From NCBI RefSeq assembly GCF_016432865.1, contig NC_067398.1, positions 293,942,001 to 294,006,000 of the forward strand: a stretch of DNA of 64,000 nt, given 5' to 3'. The stretch comes from Antechinus flavipes (Eukaryota). The position numbers were made by a program, and so were the translations under genes. Shown here piece by piece: positions 23,611 through 36,320 of the stretch; the first letter of the stretch is position 1, and every line of letters starts with the position of its first letter. The notes beneath the pieces are model-generated. The model was not told the origin of the DNA. It was given only the letters and a program-made list of their open reading frames with translations, and ran no database searches.

Positions 23611-24269
23611 CTGAAATTAGAATCTTAAACTTCTTGAAAAATGGAAAGTTGTCTTTCACAGCTGCAACTAGGAGATGCATATTAGTGTGGATGTGTCAGG
23701 TCTAGACTCCTTGTCAAAGAATAGAAATATAAATTCGTGCCCTAAGACTTCAGGCTTAACAGAAAAAACTCATCACTGGAGCTCTGGTTCCTAAAAGGAA
23801 ATAGACATGACTCCTAGCAAATCAAATTAAGATGTTCATTTATGGAGTATGAATAAGTTACAACCCCACAAAGAATAAAAGCGATATTGACCTTTTTTAG
23901 GCCAAGTTAGATCAAAACTAAATACTCTGTCAAAAAAAAAAAAAAAAAGACAAACAGAATTTTAGGCATATATTAGCTTAAGTAATGAGTTTCTTGGCTC
24001 AGTGAAGTTTCTGATAATCTTTTTTTTCCCCCTAGCCTTGTATTTTGATGCAGGGGGAAGGTGAGAAGAAATTGAAAATTATGGATATTGGATTCTTTTT
24101 GTTCCAACGAATCCAGAAGTGTCCATGGCTTATAATCTATGAATTTTGCTGAATTATCCAAAATCTATCACTACTGAAAAATATTAACTTCCAGGCTCTG
24201 TACTCCAAAAATTAAAAATGCTTTAAATGCATTAAAAATGGAAAGCGCAGCCAGTCTCTATCACAAGAT

Positions 24270-24490
24270 TCAATTCAGAAAGCATTTATTAAGCATCTGT
24301 TTTGTGCCAGCCACTGTGTTAACTTCTAGATATAAAAAGAGACAAAAGACAGTCCCTGTCCCCTAAAAGATTGTAGTTTAATGGGGATAAAACATATAAA
24401 CAAATATAAATAAAGTAAGATAAATACAAGCTTCTTGTAGAAAGCAGGGTTGTAGCTAGGACTTAAAGGAAGCCAGGGAGGTAGGGATCA
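24270..24490 (-). mobile_element. L2 3' end
   Basis: 'gcatttattaagcatctgttttgtgccagccactgtg...gacagtccctgtccc'. Confidence 0.8.
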
Positions 24491-24569
24491 TAAATTGAGA
24501 CCAACTAAAATCCCACCTTCCATATGTAGCCTTTCCCAGACCCTCTTAATTTTAGTGTCTTCCTTTTGT

Positions 24570-24770
24570 TAATGATGTTTGAATATATTTGTAGGTATAT
24601 GTATACATTTGTCTGCATGCTGTCTCCCCCCCAATCAGACTATAAGCTCTTTGAAGGTAGGGTATATATTTTGCCTCATTTTGTACCTCCACCACATAAT
24701 GTACAGTGACTGGCATAGAGTAGGTCCTTAATAGATGCATACTGACTTGATTGAATGAATTGGATAGGAT
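24570..24770 (+). mobile_element. L2 3' tail
   Basis: 'gactataagctctttgaaggtaggg...tgactggcatagagtaggtccttaatagatgc...tgaatgaat'. Confidence 0.8.
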
Positions 24771-25390
24771 TTTAGAACTATTAAGCCCCTTATTTTATAG
24801 TTGAAGAAAATGAGTCCCAGAGAAGTCACTTTACCAGAGTCACACAGATAGTAACTTTAGAAGTGAGATTTGAACCAAAGTTCCCTGAATCCTGAACTTT
24901 AGGTCATCAGGTGGAAAGCAGAGGACAGAAAAACCTGAGTTTAAATCCAGTATCCAGTAGATACCTACTCATTCAGTAATTCAAGGCAAGTCACTTAATC
25001 ACTGTCTTATTCAATTTTATCATCTGTTAAAAACATAGAATAACAATAACAAAACATACCTCATAAGGTTGTTGTTAAGATTGAATGAGGTAATATTTAT
25101 AAAGTACACTACAAGCATTAGTGCTATATAGATGCTAGCTATTATTATTTTGTTATTCTTGTCCAGTCTTGTTCAATTTTTTGGAGTTTTCTTGGTAAGG
25201 ACCTTGGTATGGTTTTCCATTTTCTTGTTTAGCTCATTCTATAAATAAGGCAACTGAATCAAATAGGGTTAAATGATTTGCCCAAGGTCATATAGCTAGG
25301 AACTGTCTAAGTTTGGGTAGGAACTCACAAACATGAGTTTTCTTGACCCTAGGTCCAGTACTCTATCTACTATGCTGTCTAGCTGCCCAG
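24770..25390. mobile_element. Cluster of MIR (-, 24770-24900), MIR (+, 24905-25150) and MAR1 (-, 25150-25390)
   Basis: CORE motifs 'ctgagtttaaatcc...ggcaagtcacttaa' and 'gatttgcccaaggtcatatagctagg'; MAR1 tail 'gagttttcttggtaagg'. Confidence 0.75.
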
Positions 25391-26049
25391 CTATTAATAT
25401 TAACTTGTCATTATATCATGTTACCTCTCTAAAAATCTACTCTTTAATTATAGTAATATTAATACTTAGTTTTAAATTTACTTCTGAACTGCTATCTTAA
25501 AAGAAACCCTGGGTTCCATGACCCCATTGGCTTTTTCTGCTCTTGCACTACATGGGTTATTATCTTAAAAGTCTACAGAAGCTAACTTGTTGATATTCTG
25601 ACAATACCAAATGACTCACTGAGAGCTTTCATCTGCTATCTGTAGTCACCTAATCTTCCTTTTCATTTCTCCATTCCTCTTAGGTTTAAATACTCATCAG
25701 TCCAGTCATTCATTCCATTTGTCTTCCATTGCTTTTAAGTTGTATTCTGTAGTTGAACTGCCTTTTCTCATTAGTTTTGAAAGGAACAACCTTCTTAAAT
25801 TCAAAGAATTATTGAAATATCTATCCCTCTTTGGAGGTAGGTGGGAGATGTCTTTTACCAGGACAACAGACATGGCAGTTTGCTTGCTAAACAATTGTCA
25901 TTATACAAATACATAGAGACTGGTTCTTTTCTGTACCTTAAGTACCAATTTGTAATAGCAATAATTAGTAATAACAGGATGATAATAATCTAAAGCATAT
26001 TTTCACTTGACATTTTATAAAGCTATTTTCTTATAATAATTCTACCAAA

Positions 26050-26685
26050 ACAGTATCACTACTGGATCTGTAATCCAAAGAAATTTTAAAAAGAAAGGAA
26101 AGGACTCACATTTGCAAAAATGTTTTTAGCAGCTCTTTTTGTGCAAAGAACTAGAAATTGATGGATGCTCATCAATTGGGGAATGGCTGAATAAGTTGTG
26201 GTATATGAATATAATAGCATATTATTGTTCCATCAGAAATGATGAGCAGTTTGATTTCAAAAAAGTCTAGAAAAAAACATGAACTGATGCTCAGTGAAGT
26301 GAGCAGAACCAGGAGAACATTGTACACAGTAACAGCAAAATTGTGTGATGATCAACTACCTCTTCTCAGCAATACAGTGACCCAAGACAATTCCAATAGA
26401 CCTGGGTTAGAAAATGCCATCTACATCCAGAAAAAGAATTGAATATAGATCAAAGCTTGTATTTTCACCTTTTTCTTTCTTTCTTATGGTTTTTCCCTTT
26501 TGTCTTGACTTTTTCCCCACATGACTAATTTGCAAATATGTTTAAAATGAGTGTACATATATAATCTATATCAGGTTGCTTGCTGTCTTGGGAAGGGGAG
26601 AGGAAAGGAAGAGAGAGAGGAAAAAAAAGTTGGAATTAAAATAAGTTTTTATTATATTTTTTACAAATAAAAAAAAAAACAATAA
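26050..26685 (+). mobile_element. L1 3' end, 5'-truncated, inserted in an antisense MIR
   Basis: 'ggggaatggctgaataagttgtggtatatg...catgaactgatgctcagtgaagtgagcagaaccaggagaacattgtacac', A-tail; MIR halves on either side. Confidence 0.9.
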
Positions 26686-27844
26686 AACTGGAAAATAGGT
26701 GGTAAACGTATCATTATTCTTATGGTTCAATTAAGTAAACAGGCTCAGAGAAGTTGATTTACCTGCCCAATGTCATTAGTTGGCAACTACCTAGACAAGA
26801 CTAAAATGCATGTTTCCAGAGTTCAAAATCCATTGCTTAATCTCTTGATCATTCTGCTTTCCTAGAAATGCCTTTTCCAGGTCCAAAGTTTTCTTAAAAA
26901 AGCAAATTTTCAAATCATCTATAAAGTATACTAGAGATCTGCTTTTGACACATATCCACTCTATGACTCAGGGCAAGTCACTTAACTTCCCAATGTCCCA
27001 ACCAACTCTCTAAGATAAAAAATTAAAGGTGAATCTGCATCTACAGTTTTTCTCCCTTTGTTTACCTGATGCAATGAAATCATAGGTCTAGAAACAAACA
27101 AAATATCAAAAATCAAAACAAAACCTACCTTTTATTTTAATGGTTTGCAGTGTACCTTCTTCCCAACAATCCTGTAAGAGGAATATTCTAAATTACCTCC
27201 TCTCCCCCAGCTAGTAGATAGACAAAGAATTGAAGCTCAGAAGAGTGACTTGCCTATGGTTTTGCAGCTGCTGAGAATAGCCAGGCCTCAAATCCATATG
27301 CTGACTTCCTACAGTAATAATGCCTCTTAATTTGGTCATTTTTCTCATTATTCCATAACCCATGTGATACTCCTTGGGATTTCAATTTTTTCTTTCTGCT
27401 TTTTCAGCCTAAAAGAGGACCAAGGTACATTTGTATAGATGTGATGTTTCTCTGAAGTCAGAAAGTAATGATTGCAACATGAATCATTCTACTAGGACTT
27501 TTCTTTCTTTGGAAAACAAAACTCTACTCTCCTTTTCTGTTTCTTTCCTGGGTCTGTGTTCCCAAAGAACAATTTCACAGTCTTTCAGAGTGGAAAGGGA
27601 CCTATGGCAACACTCATGTTTTAGAGATGAAGAAACTGAGACCCTAAGAGAAAGGATGATTCCAGGATTACAAAATTAGTTGAAAAGAAGCAGTCTTTTG
27701 TATGTAACCTACCTCTCTCTTCTGGGAGCAAATAAATATAACAGTAATCTGGAAGAATAAAGTAAATGTTCTTTACCATTTATATCAACCAGCTGTGATA
27801 ATATATATGAAATGTTATATAAATGGTAGCTATAATTATTGTAT

Positions 27845-28270
27845 CTTTGAGGAAACTAGATGGCACAATGATTAGGATACTAGTCTTAGAGGAAGCCTCA
27901 GTTCAAATGCAGCCACTAATGCATGATCCTAGGCAAATCACTAAATCTCTCTCAGTCTCAGTTGGGCATAATAATAGCATCTACCTCCTGGGATCTAAAG
28001 ATCACATGAGACAATATTTACAAAACACTTTGAAAACTCCAAAGGATTATCCAGGTTTCTGGGGGAGTGGAGTGGATAGCATGCTGGACCTCAAATCAGT
28101 AAGAACTGTGTTGAAATCCAGCAACAGACACCAACTAGCTGTGAGGCCCATTTGCTTCTGCTTCTTCATCTGTAAAATGAGCTGGAGAAGGTCTGGTATC
28201 TTTGCCAAGAAAATACCAAAAAAGGGTCATAAAGAGTCAGACACATATGAAAAAATGACTAGATGACAAT
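27845..28270 (+). mobile_element. MIR followed by MAR1 SINE
   Basis: 'gatcctaggcaaatcactaaatctctc' then 'ctggagaaggtctggtatctttgccaagaaaatacc...aagagtcagacac'. Confidence 0.75.
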
Positions 28271-28471
28271 AAAAACGCAGTATATAAATGCTAGATATCA
28301 TCATGATTTTAGCTGCATTGATATTAAATACAGAGGCATCATAACAGAAAATAGAGAACCAGTTTTGAAGTCATGAAGACCTGGGTTCAAGTCCTCCCTC
28401 TCACACATACTGTTTTGATGATCCTGGGCAAGTCCCTTAACTTCTTAAGGGCTTTCAGCAACTCTTAAGAC

Positions 28472-28634
28472 CAAGAGGGGGCAAGCTACAGCCCACAGCA
28501 AATCCAGCCAACTGCTTATTTTCGTAGTATCCTAGAACTAAGAATGACTTTTATATTTTTATACAATAAAACTTTATTTACAAATGTGAAAAACATTCTT
28601 AGCTTGAAGAGAGACAAAAAGGATTAGCTGGCCC
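28472..28634. mobile_element. hAT-Charlie MITE (MER58-like palindromic type), partial
   Basis: 'ggcaagctacagcccacagcaaatcc...ctaagaatgactttt...aaacattcttagct' with internal inverted symmetry (ctaagaatg/cattcttag). Confidence 0.6.
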
Positions 28635-29340
28635 ACCTTTATTATAAAAACTATAGCTTTTAAGTGCTGATCTGTATTGAATCTATTAAAGAGTTTCTTT
28701 TTTTGAGACATCCTTCTGGGTTCAAAAAAATTAAGTACTTCCAATGATTTTATCAGGAGAGCTGGCAAGAGAATTTTTTTGACTGATGACCCTTCCTCTC
28801 TCTGTTTTCATTCTCTTTTCTCACTCCATTGCCCCATCTAGTTTCATAACAGTTTTTTTTTTTCCTCAATGGCAATGAAACACCCCTGACTCATCTTGAT
28901 GAAAGACATGTTCAGTAAGACCATACAACTAAGGGAGCCTTCCAGGTTCCAACGAGGAAGTGCTCTAATTGGGAAGCTGGTGAATTTCAACTGCATTTGG
29001 TCATATTATTATAATACTAAATAGCTGAACTCAAAGATCATAATTTGGATGCTACTTGTTAATAAATGTCAAAAAGTTGAATTCATGTTAGTCAAATAGT
29101 TGCTCCCAAAACTTCAGATCCTTTACTGGTCAGAGAAACTGCAATGTACTGTCCAAAAAGGATGTTTTCTCTAGTCTTTCATGACTTCAGATGAATTTCC
29201 TATCAATCCTTACAGTTCCAATAATATATGAATTGGGGAAATAAGATGGAAGAGATTCCCGTACCCTTTCTCTTCTGTTTAAATCATTAGAGTAGGTATT
29301 TTTCAGGGACTGAGGAGGCATTTCTGATACTAACAAACAT

Positions 29341-29502
29341 TTTTCTTTTTTTTTTTTATTATAGCTTTTTATTTAGAAGCTATATGCATGGGTAATTTTA
29401 CAGCATTGACAATTGCCAAACCTTTTGTTCCAATTTTTCCCCTCCTTCCCCCCCACCACCCCCATCCCCCAGATGGCAGGTTGACCAATACATGTTAAAT
29501 AT
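29341..29502 (-). mobile_element. Short L1 3' fragment
   Basis: Poly-T, 'gcatgggtaattttacagcattgacaattgcc'; near-perfect TSD taacaaacat/taacaaaacat; same subfamily as 62351-62909. Confidence 0.9.
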
Positions 29503-29753
29503 TAACAAAACATTTTTCTAAAGAATCTTTTTTTCATCTCTGTTTCTTCTACTGAAGTGACTCATAATCTATAAATTGCTTAAGAGGTGGTTTTAAGAGA
29601 TTCTGTGCCTCTCTTCAAAAAAAGTAGCACTTTTTGACAAAAATCCGGTGATGAACCTCTTTGAATTGAGGTTGTCCCTCAGATGACAGACACATAGTTC
29701 ATCATAGGGGCTATATTTTATAAAGTTTTTCTACTTGTTATGACCATCTAGTA

Positions 29754-30289
29754 CAATGATTCTTTGCCTCTGTTGGGCCATAGACCCCTTGTGAGTTTAG
29801 TAAGGCCTAGTGACTTCTTGGAATAATTGTTTTAAATGCATAAAATAGAATCCATAGACTTACAAAGAAAATCAATTACATTACAATACAGTTAAGAAAT
29901 AAATTTGCAACATAGTAATATATGCTTTTTTATTAATATATTAGCTAGCAAGATGATACATGTAAAATAAGATCAAACTAAAGTTTAACCTTAAAGAAAT
30001 AGTACAAAGCTGTAGTGTAGCTTTTTTTTGGTTTTTGACAAGACTATGTCACATTGGATGTCCAATTGATTTTCAATTGTAATGTAATATGAAAATATTT
30101 GTTATTTCTATTGTCAATAGTCAAAAGTGCTGTATTATGATTGTGTTTTAGAGACTACTTTCATAATGGAAAGAAGTACTAAATTTCAATTAGAGGTTAA
30201 AGAAAAGTAAGATGTATTTTTTTCTAATCCAATTGAAATCTATGTGTAGACTCACTGGAGGCCTGGGAACTTTAAATAAAGAAAACCTG
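29754..30289. mobile_element. hAT-Charlie non-autonomous element (~536 bp)
   Basis: 'ccatagacccc...aataattgttttaaatgcataaaatagaatccatagacttacaaag'; degenerate TIRs; flanks atctagta/ttctagag share the TCTAG Charlie target core. Confidence 0.7.
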
Positions 30290-30679
30290 TTCTAGAGCTT
30301 GTGTTCTAGGCACAGTCATAGTCATCAAGAACTTAAAGGCCACCACTGGCCCAATTCTTTCTACACTGATTTTTCTTTAAACCATATTTTAAGACCTCAG
30401 TTCAAATTCTACCTCTGACATTACCTCTGTTACTACTTCACCTTTTGCTGATTTCCAAGTGTAAAATTTAACAGTCACTTCTAAATTGGTTTCAAGTTGG
30501 CTCTAGTATACTTCTAAGCACTGGAAAAAAAAAAAAAAAAACAAGGAAGATGTGATTGCTAAGTGAAGAGGACTAGAGAAGATCAAATGCCTTGATTTCT
30601 GGAAAAAAAGGAAAGCTTCTCGAGTTTTATGTGCCTGCCCCCTTCTCTCCTCTGATATCACTGAATGGGCAATACTTCA

Positions 30680-31027
30680 TGTAACGACTGTGCTAGCACC
30701 CAGGATACCCCAGAATCATCCAGAGTCAGGATAAGCAGAAGTCCTTAATCTTTATTCTTGGTCCCCAAAAGCAGGATTGAACAGGATGGAAGCAGAATCT
30801 CCGCCACCACCCTTGTCTACCACCGAGAGTGTGTCCCTAGCTCGTTTTACTCCACCCCCTAGTCCCTCCTACAATCCTCTATACACCAGTCATTGAGCCA
30901 GTACGGATAGTGGAAAGGACCATTTTCCAAGCATATGCCCATAGAGTATTGTCTAATCAGAAGTTAGCCTCAAGCACTCAGTAGTCCCGACCTCAGTGCA
31001 TCAACCCAATAGTTTCAGCCCTTTACA
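30680..31027 (-). mobile_element. Solo LTR (relatively young ERV family)
   Basis: tgtaacg...ctttaca termini, 5-bp TSD cttca/cttta, antisense AATAAA, CpGs retained; reverse complement aligns to 47823-48172. Confidence 0.9.
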
Positions 31028-31029
31028 CT

Positions 31030-31290
31030 TTAGACAAACTGAAACCCAGGAAAGACCTCAATTTAGAAATCTCAAGGTCACCTATTGCATCCTGGACAAC
31101 ACCACTAGTCATTTTGACTTTTGTCTTGTTACTGGGCATTGATGACTGTGGAAGAGACAGTGAGACTAAAAACTTTGCACAATTCTGCCTTATTTAAATC
31201 TAATTCAAGAGCAAATAAAATTTCATGGTGTAATTGGTGCTCTTTGAAAAAAAAGACCAACACCACCATCACTACTAACAGCAACAACAC
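31030..31290 (-). mobile_element. Marsupial RTE-related SINE/5' fragment (WALLSI/MdoRep-type)
   Basis: 'actttgcacaattctgccttatttaaatctaattca...attggtgctctttga' homologous to 54670-54985. Confidence 0.6.
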
Positions 31291-32134
31291 TAGTGATCAG
31301 AGGCAATCCCTTCTACTTTTAGAAGATATTGAGTTCCTCTTAACTGAAGATTTTTAAGCAAAAGCTGGATGAATGCTTACCAGGAATATTTTGTAAAGAA
31401 GTGTTGCTCAGCTATAGATAGCCTTTGAAATCCCTCTCAATGTCCAGATGTGATTCTGTGAAATCTCTATTCTACATAACTGTATTTAATAGGAGAGGGA
31501 AATGAGACCCAAGAAATGATATTTAACTAAAGTCACAGCTTGTTGAGGGGAAGAACTGTTATTTTAGAAGATAGCTTCAACATTTCAGCAAGGAATTTGA
31601 TGTTTGTTGTTCATTACAATTTAGGTTGATGAAATGGGATATATGAGTACTTCAAGTATAAGGCAAAATGGAGGACATGACCATTACTCAACTTTCCACT
31701 AATTGAAATTCCTAGAAAGATCTCTGTTCTGGGTTATCTCAGTCTTACTTATTTGACTTAAGTTTCCATTTCCCTAAGGCATCGCCCTTTGACCTTTGTT
31801 GTAGGTTCCACTTTGACTCTGCTCTGAGGAAAGAAAAGGAAAAGAAAGAAAGAGAAAAAAAACCTTTTGATCTGTGAAATACAACCAGGAATTTAGAGCT
31901 GTTTTTAAACTACAACTATTTTCTTTACATGGGCAAATAGGAACTTCTAAACTTTAGGATATCGATGTACTTTAAAATCTGTCCTCCTTTCTGACAGTAC
32001 CAGAAGAAACATTGGCAGGTAGAAAGGGAAAAAAAAGAGTGCTGACACTTAAAAATTAAAATAGGGAAAAGGCCCATTTCATTTTTGCCTGAAAAGATAT
32101 GCTAAAAAAAAAAAAAAAAAAAGGATTTCCTTTG

Positions 32135-32380
32135 GTATTTGATGCAGTAAATGGAGTGCTGAGCATGGAGTCAGTAAGATTCATCTTCATGAATTCAAAT
32201 CCAGCTTCAGATATTAACTAGCTGTGTGATTATAAGCAAGTCTATTTACATAACTCTATTTGCTTCAGTTTTCTCATCTGTATAATGAGCTACAGAAGGA
32301 AAAGGCTAACATTCCAGTATCTTTGTCAAAAAACCAACTTTAACAAACCCTTAAATGTGAGTTATGAAGAGTTGGATAGT
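32135..32380 (+). mobile_element. MAR1-type SINE
   Basis: 'gaattcaaatccagcttcagata...ctagctgtgtga...ccagtatctttgtcaaaaaacc...gaagagttggata'. Confidence 0.8.
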
Positions 32381-32399
32381 ACTGAAAAACAATGCATGA

Positions 32400-32930
32400 A
32401 AAAATTGTGTGTATTTTTGAGGAGAATATCCCTAAATAATAAATTTAAGTGAAAATCTGGTGGGTGCAAATGCTGAGGTACTGCTAAGTGTGTGATCATT
32501 GAAAGAAAGAAAATGGGAAAAATAACACAGCTATGGAGAAAGGCAAGGGCTGTCCTGATTTTCAAAATAATGAAAATTTTTTTCATTTGATTATTCCTAG
32601 GGAAATTCTAGAATTTATAATTTAAAAGATGTTTAGGAAGTAAGGAAGCAATGATCACCAGGAACTAGCATGGCATCATCAAGACAGATTATTTAAAGCT
32701 AATTTTAATTCCTTTTTTTTTCAATTTTTTTTTGATAGGCTTGCTAAACTGGCAGAGAAAGGGTATTCTACAGAGTTTACCTTGATGTTACTAATCTTTA
32801 GTAAAATAGTTAATTAAGTTTATTAACTTAATTAAGTTTAGTTAATAACTAAAGTGTTTCAAGCTACTACTATAGGAAATATGAGCTCAATGATAATACA
32901 ATTTGATAGATTCAGGCCTGGTTAAATGCT
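32400..32930 (+). mobile_element. L3/CR1 RT-domain remnant
   Basis: 'gctgtcctgattttcaaaa', 'attcctagggaaattctagaa', 'ctagcatggcatcatcaag...ctaattttaattcc' correspond to CR1 motifs VPIFKK, IPGKILE and QHGF...NLISFF. Confidence 0.65.
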
Positions 32931-33014
32931 TTTACCTCATGCTTAACATACTGCTTGGCACATTATAGACACTTAATAATGATTAATGTAAGCTTCTTAA
33001 GATAGGGGCTCTTT

Positions 33015-33825
33015 TCTTTTTTCTTTTTTTTTAATAGCTTTTTATTTTCAAAATATATGCAAAGATAGTTTTCAACATTCACCTTTTTTTTAATATTTTA
33101 TTTTATTTTATTTTATAATGACTTTATATTGACAGAATCCATGCCAGGGTAATTTTTTTTTTACAACATTATCCCTTGCACTCGCTTCTATTCCGATTTT
33201 TCCCCTCCCTCCTTCCACCCCTCCCCTAGATGGCAAGCAGTCCTATATATGTTAGATATCAACATTCACCTTTGCAAAACCTTGAGTTCCAAATGTTTCT
33301 CCTTCCCTTCCCCACATCCCCTCCTCTAGACAGCAAATAATTCAATATATGTTAAACATGCACAATTCTTCCATACATATTTCTACATTTATCATGCTTC
33401 ACAAAAAAAAAATCAGATCAAAAAGGAAAAAAAAAAAAACTGAGAAAGAAAAAAAATGCAAACAAACAATAATAAAAAGGGTGAAAATACTATGTTGTGA
33501 TCCACATTCAATCCCCACAGTCCTCTTTCTGGGTGCAGATGGCTTTCTCCATCACAAGTCTATTGGAAATATCCTGAATCATCTCATTATTGAAAAAAGC
33601 CATGTCCATCAGAACTGATTATCACATAATCTTGTTGCTGTGTTCAATGTTCTCTTGGTTCTATTCAATTCACTTAGTATCAGTTCATATAAGTCTCTCC
33701 AGGCCTTTTTGAAATCATCTTGCTGATCATTTCTTATAGAATAATCATATTCCATAATATTCACATACAATAACTTAGCCATTCTCCAACTGATGGGCAT
33801 CCACTCAGTTTCCAGTTTTTTGTAG
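33015..33825 (-). mobile_element. L1 3' end inserted in an L2 tail
   Basis: Poly-T, 3'UTR and ORF2-end motifs to 'gatgggcatccactcagtttccagt'; L2 tail halves at ~32985-33010 and ~33850-33895. Confidence 0.9.
33087..33258 (-). mobile_element. Young L1 3' fragment nested in an older L1
   Basis: Perfect 15-bp TSD tcaacattcaccttt (33072-86, 33259-73); 'gacagaatccatgccagggtaatttt' as at 55119-55650. Confidence 0.95.
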
Positions 33826-34209
33826 GGATTGTTTTCTTTTCTTTTCTTTTTGTTTGACCAATGTCTAGCAAAGTGCCTGGTATATAGTGGATACTTTTTT
33901 GGTTGTTGAGGTTTTTTTTTTTGTTTGTTTTGTTTTGTTTTTTAATGCTTGTTGAATTGAATTGAACACGGAATGAAGTTTCCAGAGGGATGCCTTAGGG
34001 ATCTGTGCTTGGCTTTGTGCTTTTAAACACTTTTCAATTCTAAATAAAGACAGAAATAGCATGCTTATAAAATTTTGAAATAATACAAAGTGGGACTGGA
34101 GAAGGTGGGACAGAACCCTAAAAATACATTTGAAGTGCCTAACTATTTTTTCTTGAGGAGCTAGAATATGAGTAACCCTAGGTATCCTTCTAGTCTCCTA
34201 AGTTTATAA

Positions 34210-35575
34210 ATTCAATCATCTTTGATGTTTTCATCTCTTTCACTCCCAATATTCAATAAGTTGCCAAATTCTGCCAATTCTGCCTCCACAAGATTCCCTC
34301 AAATATGTTTACTTCTCTTTATTAACGTTTATTCAAACCCTTATCACCCCTTGGAATGCTTGGAAAGCAACTCTTAATTGGACTTCTGGATTCCAGTAAA
34401 ACAATTTTTGGCAAGCTGATGGCTGGCCACAAATACCCTGGGAATTCTAGTTCCTTCCAATTTTGGAAGAGAGGAAACTAATTAAAGAAAAGCCATCAAT
34501 GGAAAAGTGAAGTTTTTCAGGTACAATATAATGGAGGTTTTAAGAAACTCAAGAGAGAAAAGAAAAAATGAAAGGTGATAGCAGTAGGAACATGGCATCC
34601 AATGTTTACTCTACCACTATTTTCTTCTTCAAGATTATGAGAGATATTTCAAAATAGGCAACTGGAAGTGTATGACTGTTTTGTTTGTGTTTTGTTTTAT
34701 TTTATCATGAATGTTTCTTCTAGTAGCAGGAGGGCTGAGAGGAAAAAGGATTAGAGGTCCCTACTGCATACCTGCCTTACTTCTATTTAATTGTGTTTCT
34801 CTTTATTCTGTTATAGAATACATTTGCTAGATTTAATATTACTTCTCATAAAAACTTGTAATTGACCTCATCCTTGTGTTATTGGGGTTCCCTTGTTCAA
34901 TGGGAGCCACACCAGAGAGAAAAGCCTTCCATTGTTATAGAGTTTGCTCTCTTAATTGGGGTTATGAGTCCTTTCATTTGACACTTTTCAGTGCCTATCA
35001 CCACAGACAAGTCTAAGAATCAGTGTATGTTACATTAGTATCTCCATTCTCCAAGTCATCCTCTGCAAAGTTGTAAAAATAAACTTCCAAAAGCACAAGT
35101 CTAACCATGTCATTCTCCATCTTAGCATTTAAAGCCCTTTACAGTGGGTCTCCAGTCTTCCTTTCCAAGCTTATTATATATCACTCCTCTTCATATAGCA
35201 TCCATTACAACTAGTATGACCTATTTATTACATATTATAAATTTTCCTCTCCTCCTTTTGTGACTTTGTTTATGCTGTTCCTTACACTGAGAATGCAATC
35301 CCTCCTCATCTCTGACTTTTCACATTCTTTCCTTCCTTCAAAGTTCAGCTCATGTACCATCTCTTCCAGGAAGCCTTTCTTTATCCCTTACTTGTTAGTA
35401 CTCTTTCTCCCTTTCTCAAATTATCATGTACTTGAATATCTAATTTTATTTCCCCCTTTTCATCCACTCTCCTTGAGAACAGGGACTATTTTTCATTTGA
35501 TCTTTGTATTCCTAAAGCATAAAACAGTCCATTGCATCCTATAGGTACCTAATGTATGTTGTTTTGGATTGGATA
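34210..35575 (+). mobile_element. Fragmented L2 (34210-34400 and 35030-35575) split by other old sequence
   Basis: 'cactcccaatattcaataagttgccaaattctg', 'aaagcacaagtctaaccatgtcattc', tail 'ccttgagaacagggact...ataggtacctaatg'. Confidence 0.7.
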
Positions 35576-35809
35576 GGTCAAAGAAAATGAAGTTCATTTT
35601 CTGGCTAAACCTCATCAGAATTATCTCTGTAACTGTACATGCTTTTTTTCATAACATTTTGCATATTATTAACATTTTTTATACATATTAGTTTGAAGTA
35701 TTAGTGGAAATAGCTTCCACTAATATAAAAAGATAATCAGCAGAGAGAGCCCATCCTATTATTTAAAGCCACTTGTGGATAGTGCTTCTTTAAGAAATGA
35801 TTGTGTAAC

Positions 35810-36320
35810 AAAGTTAGATGACTAACAATTGGAAAATGGCTAAGCAAATTATGGTAGATGGAATGTGTTGGCATATTACTAGGCTGTAAGTAATAATGAT
35901 GTGATCAATACAGAGAAGCATGAAGAAATCCACATGTACTGATTCACTATGTGGATGAAAGCTGAGCCAAGAAAACAATTTACATGACTACAACAATGAA
36001 GAACAACCACAAAACAACTGAGAGAGAATGTATAGAATTACAAAGAACAAACTTGGCTCCAAAGAAGAGATGAGAAGATACCTCATTTCTTTCTTTTGCA
36101 GATGTGAGAAATCCATGAGTATGAAATATCATATTCTATTTTAAAGCTTTTTTAATGTGCTGATATTTTGCTGGGTTTTGCCTCCTCTTCCTGTTTTTCT
36201 TAATTTGAGAAAATATTCTTTGTTGTATGGGATAGCTCTCTCAGGATGGAGGGGGACAGATGTTGGGAGAAATTTAGGCAATATAAAAATAAAAGACATC
36301 ATCAAAAAATTATTTTTTTA
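35810..36320 (+). mobile_element. Old marsupial L1 3' end
   Basis: 'ggaaaatggctaagcaaattatggtag...gagccaagaaaacaatttacatg...caaacttggctccaaagaagagatg'. Confidence 0.7.

Noticed and set aside
23081-23680. Longest ORFs (199, 161, 111 aa)
   Set aside because: They are translations of the (GAGACA)n simple repeat with low-complexity composition; not genes.
27408-27424. Candidate 17-nt microexon
   Set aside because: Weak donor (gtacat) and not frame-preserving.
27823-28266. 147-aa ORF
   Set aside because: Lies entirely within MIR and MAR1 SINEs.
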